In this document: in pieces, positions 28,850 to 37,852 of the stretch
Position numbering within the stretch: the first letter of the stretch is position 1
Layout of the letters: each line of letters starts with the position of its first letter
Source of the DNA: Thermoanaerobaculia bacterium
GTDB lineage: Bacteria > Acidobacteriota > Thermoanaerobaculia > Multivoradales > UBA5704
Direction: 5' to 3'
NCBI GenBank assembly: GCA_044226625.1
Contig: JBGAGQ010000001.1
Location: 223,213 to 287,212, forward strand
Length of the DNA stretch: 64,000 bases
Made by a program: the position numbers and the translations under genes
The notes under the pieces: model-generated
What the model was told of the DNA's origin: nothing
The model's input: the letters and a program-made list of their open reading frames with translations, nothing else
Database searches by the model: none

Positions 28850-31800
28850 ATGACAGCCAGAAAGAAGATGAACCATCGCCTCAGGGTCGCCTCGGCCTTC
28901 GTCGGGTCGCTCGCCGCACTGTCGATCCCAGCGATCGCCCAGGTCCATCCCACGATGCAACGCGGTTTTGCGGCGGAGAAGGCGTTCCAGATTGGCGACA
29001 TCGATCACGTCAACCTGTTCAACGGCAACCTCGTCCTGACGATCCCGATCGGCTCCGAGTACACGACGGGCGGTGGGTTCTCTTACCGCCTCGCGCTCAC
29101 CTACAACTCGAACATCTGGGATTTTCAAGCCGACGATTTCGACACGGTGACGCAGGCTTGGCCGATCCGCACCTCGAACGCCGGCCAGGGCTGGCGTCTG
29201 TCCCTCGGCGAAGTGCTCAAGGCTGGACAGTTCGTCGAGGCGAACGAGACGCCGGGCCACATTTCCTACGTGGCACCCGATGGATCGCAGCATGCGTTCT
29301 ATCCGACGCTCCACGACGGGGAGACGGCACTTGGCGGCCGGCAATACACACGGGACGGCACGTACATTCGGCTGCGCGGCCTCTACGCCAACGGAACCCA
29401 GATCGAGCTCGACTTCCCGAACGGTCAGACGCACGTGTTCGAAGACGACGGCCTCGATACCTATCGTCTGATCCAGATCCGGGACCCGTTCGGAAATTAC
29501 CTCAACATCACCTATCCGAGCGTGAGCCATTGGGTCTTGAACGACAACTTCGGCCGGACCCACGACGTCTACTTCACTTCGTCCGTCCACTATTCAAAGA
29601 AGCTCGACCGCGTGGTCCTCTCGTTGCCCAACGGCACGACGGGGACGTGGAACTTCTCCTATCAAAACACCTTCGTCTCGCGCGGCTGCCCGGATACCGA
29701 CCCGCAGACGGCTGACCTGCAGGTGCCGTTGCTGACCCGGGTGCGCCAACCGGACGGCACGTTCTGGGACCTGCCCGTTGCCACGAGCTACTACGTTGAA
29801 ACCGGCCAGGCCTGCTCAAACCTCGCCGGTCGGATCAAAGGGATCACTCTGCCGACCCGCGGTCGAATCGACTGGACCTATCGCTCCTACATCCAGACCG
29901 CCGCGGCCCCTTGCGATGCGAAGGTTCGCTCGTGGCTGCGCGGCACGACGGGCGTGGGCACACGGACCGTCTCCTCAGGACAGGTGTCGGGAACGTGGAC
30001 CTATGGCTCGAAGGTAGTCTTCCAGGATCCTCCAGCGCCAAACTGCAACCCGCCGCGTACGCAGATCACCCGGGTGACAACGCCACTCGGTCACATCGAA
30101 CGAAACTACTTTTCGATCTTCCGCAGCGGTACGGTGAACCTCGAAGGGTGGAAAGAGAACGAGTTCGGCCTGCCGGTCAGCCGGGCGACGAACGACGGCA
30201 CGGGCCGTTTCCTCTCGCGCGAGGTGTTCGAAGGTTGCGATCCCGACCTCGTCGCCGACCCGGCGCAGTGTCCGCCGGTGCGTTCCTTCTTCGTCCGCTA
30301 CGAACAGGACCGCTCGGAAGGGGACGATGGCGAGGGCTCCCTATTCAATTTGAACTCTCGGGTCGCGAGCCAACGGACACGCTACGACGATGATGGAGCG
30401 AAGGTGGCTGACGTCGACTTCTCGGCGTTCGACGGCTTCGGTCACTACCGGGTGGAACAGACCGGAGGCACCTTTCCGGGCGAGAACCGGCGCCGGACTT
30501 TCATGAACTACAACCCCGAGTCCGGAACCTACAACGACGGGGGTGGCGGCACCTTCTCGATGCGGGGTCCGAACGATCCATGGGTGCTCGAAACGTACAC
30601 CGAGAAGACGATGGGCGAAGGGGGCGGCTCGAGCCAATCGAAGGAGCAGTACTGCTTCGAAAGGGACGGAGCGACCGGCCTGCCGCGCAGCGGATTCCTC
30701 GAGCGCAGGCGAGTCTACGTCGACGAATTCGGCGCGACGCCTTCCAACCAAGACTTGGTAACGGTCTATCAGCGAGACGGCTCGGGAAATCTGATTCGCG
30801 AGGACGCCTATGGCGGCAGCAAGGTTCCGCTCGCCACGACGGCGAGCCTCTGCACGGCCAACTACACGAATCCGCAGTACGGAACGATCTACCAACCGGT
30901 CGATCCGAACGGCGCCGGCCGCACGTCCCAGCCCACCGACCTGCTCTATCGTTGGCGTCGCTGGTCGTCGCCCACGACGGCCTCGGGCACGGCGTTCTCG
31001 TTCCTTGCGAGCGACGAGTCGGTCGACCCCAACACCGGCCTGACCATATCCAGCCGGGACACGGCAGGGCTTGAGACCACCTACGGCTACGATTCGATCG
31101 GGCGGCTCACCACGATGCAGCCGGCGCAGGAGGCGCGCACCGACTACGTCTACACCCTGCCCACGGACGTCAATCCGAACGTAACACCGCAGGTTCAGGT
31201 CCTACGCAAGAACGGCGCGGTGACGCTCGCCGAGAGCCGGTATCTTTACGACGGCCTCGGCCGGCTCTGGCGCGAACAGAAGCGAATCCCGAATCAAGGC
31301 TTGCAAATCCGCGAAACGCTCTACGACGGCATGGGCCATGCGATCTCGGTCTCGGAGCTCGGTTCCACCACGAAGAAGACGGAGAGCCTCGACTTCGATC
31401 CGTTCGGACGTTTCCGGCGGCTCCGCCTGCCTGACGGTCACGAATCGCAGATCCTCTACGGCGGCGACCGTTCGGTCACTCGGAAGACTGACATCGGCAC
31501 CACTTGGAACGGCACGAACGTGACCGAACAGACGGCGACGGTCGACGAGCTGCACGACCGATTCGGACGGCTCCATACGGTCAAAGAGACTTCCGGGCCG
31601 GGAGGCGCGGACGTTGTCACCAGCTATACCTACGACTCGGCAGGGCGCCTGAACCGCGTCTCGACGCCGAGCGCGGGTGTGACTCAGGTTCGGACCTTCA
31701 ATTACGACAACCGCGGCTTTCTGCTCTCCGAGACCCATCCGGAAAAGGCGGGAGCGGTGACCTACTCGGGCTACGACGCGCGAGGTCACGTGGGGCAAAA

Positions 31801-33841
31801 GATCGATCTGCCGAACACCCTCAACTACACTTACGATCGCGCGGAGCGCCTGACGGAGGTGCGGGAAGCGGGCCAGGGGAATCGCCTTCTCAAGAGCATG
31901 ACGTACGCCTCGTCGAACGCCGGCTGCGGCTGGTGCAACGGAAAGCTCAGCCAGGCGAGCCGCTGGAACTACGTGACGATCAGCGGCAACGCGTTTACCG
32001 TGGAAATCCGCGACCTGCTGCAGTACAACGGGATCGAAGGTCGGGCTTCCAACCGTACGACGCAGAACTACGTGAACTTCGGACCTGCGGCGAACGAGGC
32101 CTTCACGTTCACGCAGACCTACACTCCCCTCGGGCTCCCGCTCAAGGTGAACTATCCGCAGTGCCAGCACTCGGCCTGCACCAACCAGTCCCCGCGAACT
32201 GCCGATTTCTCCTACACGGACGGGTTCTTGACCTCGGTCGCCGGAACGTTCGGGACGGGACCGAACCAGGTTTCGACCACCTACGCGAGCTCGATCACGT
32301 ACCACGTCAACGCGATGGTAAACCAGGTCGTCCACCAGAACGCTCCAACGATCACGGTCACCGATACGACCGCGCTCGACCCGAACGGCATGGTCCGGCC
32401 CGCCTCGATCACGGCGGTCCGGGGCACCACCTCGCTCTGGAACACGGGCGCCTACAGCTACGACGGCGCGGGCAACATCAAACGGATCGGGCCGTCCTAT
32501 TTCACCTACGACAAGGTGAGCCGGTTGACCGCGAGCTCCACCAACGTCAACCAGGGGATCGCCTCCCCGTTGATGAAAGACCAGAGCTACACGTTCGATG
32601 CCTTCGGCAACATCCTCCTGATCACGACGAACAGTCAGCCGATCAGCATTCCCACCCAGAGCGCGACGAACCGGCTCGAAACCCCGTCCGTTTACGACGC
32701 CGCGGGAGATCTGACGAACTGGCAGGGAAACACCTACGAATACGACGGCCTGAACATGATCCGTCGCTACCGGACCGCGGCGGGTCTCGAATGGGCCTAC
32801 ATCTACAACGCCGACGACGAGAGGGTCTGGACCTACAAGACCGGAGGCACCGAGTCGCGCTGGTTCCTTCGCGGCTTCGACGCCAAAGTCCTCCGCGAAT
32901 ACACCGCCTCGAGCGCCTGGCAGGTGGCGAACGACTACATCTACCGTGACGGTCAGCTCCTAGCGAGCGAGACCTCGACCGGGGTGCGCCATTTCCACCT
33001 CGACCACCTCGGTACGCCGCGGCTGATCACCGACAGCAGCGGCGTGAAGACCGCATTTCACGCCTACTACCCGTTCGGCCAAGAAGCGACCGTCGTCAAC
33101 CAAGACGCCGAGCGGATGAAATTCACCGGCCACGAACGGGATCTGGGGGATCCGTCCAGCGGCGCCGACGACTTGGACTACATGCATGCGCGGTTTTGTA
33201 GTCCGATGACGGGGAGATTTTTGAGCGTGGATCCGGCATTGGGAAGCGCCGATCCAATGCTCCCCCAAAGCTGGAACCGGTACACTTACGCCCTGAATCG
33301 ACCAATGTCGGCGGTCGATTCGACGGGGGAGATCTTCGAGACTCTGTTCGATGTCGCGATGGCTGTGATTTCAGTCAAACAGGCCGTCTCGAATCCGACA
33401 TTCGGGAACGTCGCCGGTGCGGTTCTCGACGTAGGCGCGGTTCTGGTGCCTCTGGTCCCCGCAGCAGGTGGGCGAATCATCGACGCGGCACAAGCCACGA
33501 ATAAGATTATCGACTCGGCGAAAGCCGTAGACAAAGCGCAGGACGCCGAGAAAGCAGCGAAGAATGTCACCGAAATGGCAGCCGAGTTGAGGCAGAAGAT
33601 CGGGAAAAATAGCGTCGACATCTCTACGCCAAAGACGAAGGGGCATATAGATCTTGCAGGAGAAGCTCACTACGACAAGGTCACAAAAATGGATATTCCG
33701 ACCCCGCACGTGCAGACGAAGCCAATCAGTACTGGACCGAACGGAAAAATGAATCTCGGACGGGAGACTATCCGCAAGGCCACAAAAGCGGACATACGGG
33801 TCGCAAAACGGCTAGCCTCGAAGGCAGGCGAGCCCAGATGA
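28850..33841 (+). CDS. RHS/YD-repeat polymorphic toxin with Sec-type signal peptide and Ntox24-like C-terminal toxin
   Basis: YD repeats; core HLDHLGTPR, KFTGHERD, YMHAR, GRFLSVDP, WNRYTYALNRP..VDSTG; tip IDLAGEAHYDK..IPTPHV. Confidence 0.93.
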   Translation: MTARKKMNHRLRVASAFVGSLAALSIPAIAQVHPTMQRGFAAEKAFQIGDIDHVNLFNGNLVLTIPIGSEYTTGGGFSYRLALTYNSNIWDFQADDFDTVTQAWPIRTSNAGQGWRLSLGEVLKAGQFVEANETPGHISYVAPDGSQHAFYPTLHDGETALGGRQYTRDGTYIRLRGLYANGTQIELDFPNGQTHVFEDDGLDTYRLIQIRDPFGNYLNITYPSVSHWVLNDNFGRTHDVYFTSSVHYSKKLDRVVLSLPNGTTGTWNFSYQNTFVSRGCPDTDPQTADLQVPLLTRVRQPDGTFWDLPVATSYYVETGQACSNLAGRIKGITLPTRGRIDWTYRSYIQTAAAPCDAKVRSWLRGTTGVGTRTVSSGQVSGTWTYGSKVVFQDPPAPNCNPPRTQITRVTTPLGHIERNYFSIFRSGTVNLEGWKENEFGLPVSRATNDGTGRFLSREVFEGCDPDLVADPAQCPPVRSFFVRYEQDRSEGDDGEGSLFNLNSRVASQRTRYDDDGAKVADVDFSAFDGFGHYRVEQTGGTFPGENRRRTFMNYNPESGTYNDGGGGTFSMRGPNDPWVLETYTEKTMGEGGGSSQSKEQYCFERDGATGLPRSGFLERRRVYVDEFGATPSNQDLVTVYQRDGSGNLIREDAYGGSKVPLATTASLCTANYTNPQYGTIYQPVDPNGAGRTSQPTDLLYRWRRWSSPTTASGTAFSFLASDESVDPNTGLTISSRDTAGLETTYGYDSIGRLTTMQPAQEARTDYVYTLPTDVNPNVTPQVQVLRKNGAVTLAESRYLYDGLGRLWREQKRIPNQGLQIRETLYDGMGHAISVSELGSTTKKTESLDFDPFGRFRRLRLPDGHESQILYGGDRSVTRKTDIGTTWNGTNVTEQTATVDELHDRFGRLHTVKETSGPGGADVVTSYTYDSAGRLNRVSTPSAGVTQVRTFNYDNRGFLLSETHPEKAGAVTYSGYDARGHVGQKIDLPNTLNYTYDRAERLTEVREAGQGNRLLKSMTYASSNAGCGWCNGKLSQASRWNYVTISGNAFTVEIRDLLQYNGIEGRASNRTTQNYVNFGPAANEAFTFTQTYTPLGLPLKVNYPQCQHSACTNQSPRTADFSYTDGFLTSVAGTFGTGPNQVSTTYASSITYHVNAMVNQVVHQNAPTITVTDTTALDPNGMVRPASITAVRGTTSLWNTGAYSYDGAGNIKRIGPSYFTYDKVSRLTASSTNVNQGIASPLMKDQSYTFDAFGNILLITTNSQPISIPTQSATNRLETPSVYDAAGDLTNWQGNTYEYDGLNMIRRYRTAAGLEWAYIYNADDERVWTYKTGGTESRWFLRGFDAKVLREYTASSAWQVANDYIYRDGQLLASETSTGVRHFHLDHLGTPRLITDSSGVKTAFHAYYPFGQEATVVNQDAERMKFTGHERDLGDPSSGADDLDYMHARFCSPMTGRFLSVDPALGSADPMLPQSWNRYTYALNRPMSAVDSTGEIFETLFDVAMAVISVKQAVSNPTFGNVAGAVLDVGAVLVPLVPAAGGRIIDAAQATNKIIDSAKAVDKAQDAEKAAKNVTEMAAELRQKIGKNSVDISTPKTKGHIDLAGEAHYDKVTKMDIPTPHVQTKPISTGPNGKMNLGRETIRKATKADIRVAKRLASKAGEPR

Positions 33842-34464
33842 GCGGATACGGTCCTCGATCTGATTCGAGTGTGGGAGTACTCGACCGCGTGGCCGAGTGG
33901 TACCAGTCCAATGCCACGGTGTTCTCGTCGAATGCCGAAGCGGTCAAGATCAACACGCTCGACAACCCAGGCTGGCTGGTCAAAGTCGACCTAGCGGGTA
34001 CGGAACTTGAGAATCTACAGCTCGAGAACTTTGAGGTGGATCGAGGCGATAGCGACTGGTGCCAGAGCTTCCTTAGGGATCACGTCTTCGTTGGGGCTGG
34101 GGATCCCTCGCGATTGCAGGAGATATTGGGGAGATTCCTTGAGTTCGCCTCAAGTTCAGCATGGGAGGCAAGCGGCGAATTGGACGATCTCTGCGGTTGG
34201 TACGCATCCCACTGCGATGGGCGTTGGGAGCACGCATATGGAGTAGAGATCCGTTCCGAGGGGATCAATGGCTGGAGATTGCAGGTCGACTTGGCAGATA
34301 CCGAGCTGGAGCATACTCAGCTGTCGGAGGAAGTCTACGGTTCGAATCAGGATACGGTCATTCGTGCCGCGGATCACGGACAGTACCTTGCGACTGGAGG
34401 GTCGGCGGCCCTTCGTTTGGTGGTGAAGAGCTTCGTGGACTTCACCCGCCTGGGAACCTCCTGA
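33838..34464 (+). CDS. Immunity protein, tandem Imm53-like domains
   Basis: ATGA overlap with the RHS stop; WY...TLDNPGWLVKVDL.GTEL and WYASHCDGRWEHAYGVEI...GW.L.VDL.DTEL. Confidence 0.85.
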   Translation: MSGYGPRSDSSVGVLDRVAEWYQSNATVFSSNAEAVKINTLDNPGWLVKVDLAGTELENLQLENFEVDRGDSDWCQSFLRDHVFVGAGDPSRLQEILGRFLEFASSSAWEASGELDDLCGWYASHCDGRWEHAYGVEIRSEGINGWRLQVDLADTELEHTQLSEEVYGSNQDTVIRAADHGQYLATGGSAALRLVVKSFVDFTRLGTS

Positions 34465-34611
34465 CAGAGTCCAAAGAGACCTCAAGCCGTTCGAGTTGAT
34501 TCGCTCCTGGACTCCAAGCTTGGCCTCCCCTCAAGCGCCGCACGGAGGGCCGGAAGGGCTCCGAAAAGCGACGGGGTGTCCTCTCTCGAACTCAAGTAGA
34601 GTGCAACGACT

Positions 34612-34935
34612 ATGAGACGTTTCCTGGCGTTGCTCTTGGTGGCAAGCTCAATGGGCGCAACCTGCGGTCGGGCCCAACCCGATGCTGTCGACGAGGTTTG
34701 GGCAAGCCACGAAGCGGATTGGCAGCGAGCATCCGAGACCTTCGACCAAAAGGGATTGATGCAAGCGGCCGCATTCTTCGAGGAAGTGACGGGCATCCAC
34801 TCGTACCTGGAGGTTACCTACCTGGGTGTATTGCCGATAAAAACGGACGAATCGCTCGCAGCCTGGAAGGCATTGTTTCGCCAGAATAGGCGGCTCCTCT
34901 ATCTCGACCCGAGCAGCGGCAAAATTGAGCGATGA
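34612..34935 (+). CDS. Putative exported/lipoprotein hypothetical protein (possible orphan immunity)
   Basis: MRRFLALLLVASSMGATC signal/lipobox-like N-terminus; lies in the RHS tail region. Confidence 0.55.
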   Translation: MRRFLALLLVASSMGATCGRAQPDAVDEVWASHEADWQRASETFDQKGLMQAAAFFEEVTGIHSYLEVTYLGVLPIKTDESLAAWKALFRQNRRLLYLDPSSGKIER

Positions 34936-35083
34936 CCTGCTTCGAGAACCTGCGTCGCTACCCTGATCGGCCTCTTTCGCCACCTTGCCCCATTCACCGT
35001 AAAGGCCTCGACCTCCTCGGAACCCGATGAAAGGGGCAAATCAAGAGTAGACGCGACCGAGACCTCCTGAACAAAGGGTGCCC

Positions 35084-35500
35084 ATGACGAATGAGATTTT
35101 CGCGCGGTTTAACCTCATCGGGTTTAGCCAGGACCCAGAGGAGGTCACCGAATTCCTTCAGGTAGTGCCCACCCGGATATGGCGCATTGGCGAGGCGAGA
35201 GCACCGAAGCTGGCCTTCAAGGAGAATGGCTGGCAGCTCTCGTCAAGCCTTGCCCCCAACGCGGACCTTGAGGAACAAGTGCTCGATCTCCTGTCTCGCC
35301 TGGATCCCGTCGGCGACAAAATCGTCAATCTCGGTACTTACCGTGAATTCCTGTGCGTCGTGTATGCGTACGAGTACGCACCCGAGATGCACTTTCAAAC
35401 TGAAACTCTCCGCCGAATCGCCGCCTTGGGGGCCGACATCGACATCGATTTCTACCCGATGGAAGGGGCAGATCGAGAGAAAGAGTCCTCCCTGACCTAA
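35084..35500 (+). CDS. DUF4279-like protein (orphan immunity candidate)
   Basis: DPEEVTEFL.V.PT..W..G...W.L.S...L.RIAALGADIDIDFY pattern. Confidence 0.8.
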   Translation: MTNEIFARFNLIGFSQDPEEVTEFLQVVPTRIWRIGEARAPKLAFKENGWQLSSSLAPNADLEEQVLDLLSRLDPVGDKIVNLGTYREFLCVVYAYEYAPEMHFQTETLRRIAALGADIDIDFYPMEGADREKESSLT

Positions 35501-35505
35501 AGATC

Positions 35506-35781
35506 GTGAGGATCGAGACCAGGAAGCGCCTCTTCTATGTGGCCGTCGGAGCGGCTGCCCTTTCGGTCGCCATCGTGCGCGTCAGCCAAACTTCAGGACG
35601 CCACGGAACGGACAAGCTTCTACTCGGGGCGTATTGGGTCGGCACGCTGGCGAGCGGCAATGCGCATCAGCCCGATGAGATCGTGACCTGGGCGACTCTC
35701 TTCGTCGTTGTCCTGATCGCCCTGGACGGCCTCTTGTCGATCGCGTCCTGGGCTCTCGCCCGGAGGCGGTGCGGAACCTGA
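35506..35781 (+). CDS. Small membrane protein
   Basis: Two to three hydrophobic segments; follows DUF4279 by 5 nt. Confidence 0.5.
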   Translation: MRIETRKRLFYVAVGAAALSVAIVRVSQTSGRHGTDKLLLGAYWVGTLASGNAHQPDEIVTWATLFVVVLIALDGLLSIASWALARRRCGT

Positions 35782-35817
35782 GCCCGTGGCGGATTCTTTA
35801 GACGAATCGGCCGCGCG

Positions 35818-37476
35818 TCACTTCCCTCCGTCCGGCCTGCGGCCCCCTCGAATTCTCCGCAACAGCCCGCTCATCTGCGGAACCCGCAACAGGAGCGCGG
35901 CGATCAGGTAGACCGTTCCAAAAACGCCGCAGGCAAGGCCGGCGCGGACGATGGCGGCGAGGCGCCCCGGCCCCGCGATGGCGAGGTCTTCGAGCGCCGG
36001 GCGAATCGCGAAGGAGGCCGCTCCGCCGAGGAGGGCCGCTCCCCAGAGGCGGAGCTGGAGCGAGCCGGAGAGGCTCACCCGGCCGATCCGTTGGCCGAGC
36101 TTCTTCCGGAGCAGGAGGAACTCGATCCAGGCCGCGATTCCCGCCGAGGAGGTGAGCCCGACCGCGCCGAGAGCGAGCGCTCCGCCGGTCACGTTCGGGA
36201 TCGGTAGGCCGAGGCGGACGATCGCCTCGACGAGCAGCGGCCGGAGCGGGAAGGCGAACAGGAGACCGAGCAGCGCTGTGAGCGTCACCCGGACGATCGC
36301 GATGCGGAACGGCGTGCGCGGATCGCCGAGGGCGTAGAAGGTCGACGAGTAGAGCCGCCCGAGACAGGCGGCGAGCAGCCCCACCGTCGAACCGGCGAGG
36401 ACGTAGGCGACGAATTGCGAGTCGCCCCGGGTGAACTTCCCCGACTGGAAGAGGGCGGTGACGAGGAGGTCGCCGAGGAGCAGGAACGCCACGACCGTGG
36501 GCACGACGAAGAAGGCGACTCGGCCGAGGCCGATCTCGAGCTTCTTCGAGAGGGTCGAGGCGACCTCCTGCTCGTCGCCCGCCACCCCTGACATGGTCGG
36601 CAGCTCGGCCGCCGCGACCGACATCCCGAATAGGCTGATCGGCAGGAGGTAGAGCGTCTGGGCGTAAGAGAGTCCGGCGACCGCCGCCGTACCGAGGAAA
36701 CTCGCGAGCATGCTGTCGACGTAGGCCGAGAGCTGCACCACGCCGCGGCCGGCCGCCACGGGCCCTAGGTTCTTCCACACCGTTCGGACCGGGGCGAGCT
36801 GGAGCGAAAGCGCGAACCGGATCTCGCGATCGTGTCGGAAGACGAACGGCAGCTGGAGCAGCAGTTGGAGCAGGGCTCCGGCGACCATCCCCCAGGCGAG
36901 CAGCACCGCAAGGTCCGCGCCGCTCCGCCGGCCGCCGAAGAGGAGGAGCGTCGCGATCATCGCGGCGTTCCAGACCACCGGCGCGACGTAGGAGAGGAAG
37001 AACTTCCCGTGGCTGTTCAAGATGCCGAGGCACCAGGCGGAGAGGACGAGCAGGCCCGTGCCGGGGAAGAGGATCCGCACGATGTCGATCGTGAGGGCCC
37101 GCGCGCCGCCCTCGAATCCCGGCGCCACGAGATCGACGAGCCAAGGGGTGGCGAGCGCCCCGAGCGCCGACAGGAGCCCGACGACGAGCGCGAGCAGCGC
37201 TCCGACGATTCCCGCCACCCGGCCGGCGAGCTCTGATTTCCCTTCCGTCTGGAGGCGGGCGTAAACCGGGATGAACGACGCCGACAGCACCCCTTCGCCG
37301 AGCAGGTTCTGGAGCAGGTTGGGAATCCGAAGCGCCGCCTTGAACGCGCCCGAGGCGGCCGAGGTGCCGAGGAAATGGGCGTAGACCTGCTCGCGGATCA
37401 GCCCCGCGATCCGCGAGAGAAGGATGCCGGAGGCGACGAGAAGCGAATGGAATCCGGTCGATCGGGCGCGGGTCAC
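35818..37476 (-). CDS. murJ: Lipid II flippase MurJ (MviN)
   Basis: SRIAGLIRE, RIPNLLQNLLGEGVLSASFIP, LPISLFG, many TMs. Confidence 0.95.
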   Translation of the reverse strand: MTRARSTGFHSLLVASGILLSRIAGLIREQVYAHFLGTSAASGAFKAALRIPNLLQNLLGEGVLSASFIPVYARLQTEGKSELAGRVAGIVGALLALVVGLLSALGALATPWLVDLVAPGFEGGARALTIDIVRILFPGTGLLVLSAWCLGILNSHGKFFLSYVAPVVWNAAMIATLLLFGGRRSGADLAVLLAWGMVAGALLQLLLQLPFVFRHDREIRFALSLQLAPVRTVWKNLGPVAAGRGVVQLSAYVDSMLASFLGTAAVAGLSYAQTLYLLPISLFGMSVAAAELPTMSGVAGDEQEVASTLSKKLEIGLGRVAFFVVPTVVAFLLLGDLLVTALFQSGKFTRGDSQFVAYVLAGSTVGLLAACLGRLYSSTFYALGDPRTPFRIAIVRVTLTALLGLLFAFPLRPLLVEAIVRLGLPIPNVTGGALALGAVGLTSSAGIAAWIEFLLLRKKLGQRIGRVSLSGSLQLRLWGAALLGGAASFAIRPALEDLAIAGPGRLAAIVRAGLACGVFGTVYLIAALLLRVPQMSGLLRRIRGGRRPDGGK

Positions 37477-37551
37477 GAGACGAGGGTATCCCGGGAGGCT
37501 GGCGGAGCGTAAGCTCCATCGAATCCCTTAGCTAACGACCGGGAAGATGCC

Positions 37552-37837
37552 ATGCCAACCAAGTTTCGCCTCCCCACCCATCGCTCGCCGACGCATCCGG
37601 GTGAGATGCTCCTGGAGGAGTGCGATCCGCTTGGGGGTCTCGTTTCCGAGGCTGAACGAGATCATCCGCGGAAAGCGCGGGGTCACACCAGACACCGCCC
37701 TTCGGCTGGCTCGCGTTTTGGGCATGTCGGCCGAATTTTGGCTGGGCCTGCAACAGGACTGGGATTTGTGGCACGCCTTGCACAGCGAGGCGGCCGCTCA
37801 GATCGAGCTTCTCGAGCCCTTGCGGCTCCCCGCGTAG
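37552..37837 (+). pseudogene. higA: Frameshifted/internally deleted HigA antitoxin
   Basis: Frame 1 PTHPGEMLLEE, then a shift at ~37621 to AIRLGVSFPRLNEIIRGKRGVTPDTALRLARVLGMSAEFWLGLQ; the usual FLKPLGLTQ.. segment is missing; no higB adjacent. Confidence 0.85.
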
Positions 37838-37852
37838 AGCCCGAGCCCGCGC

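Noticed and set aside
28185-33841. Type VI secretion effector locus
   Set aside because: No PAAR, VgrG, Hcp or EagR-like gene seen; a signal peptide is present instead
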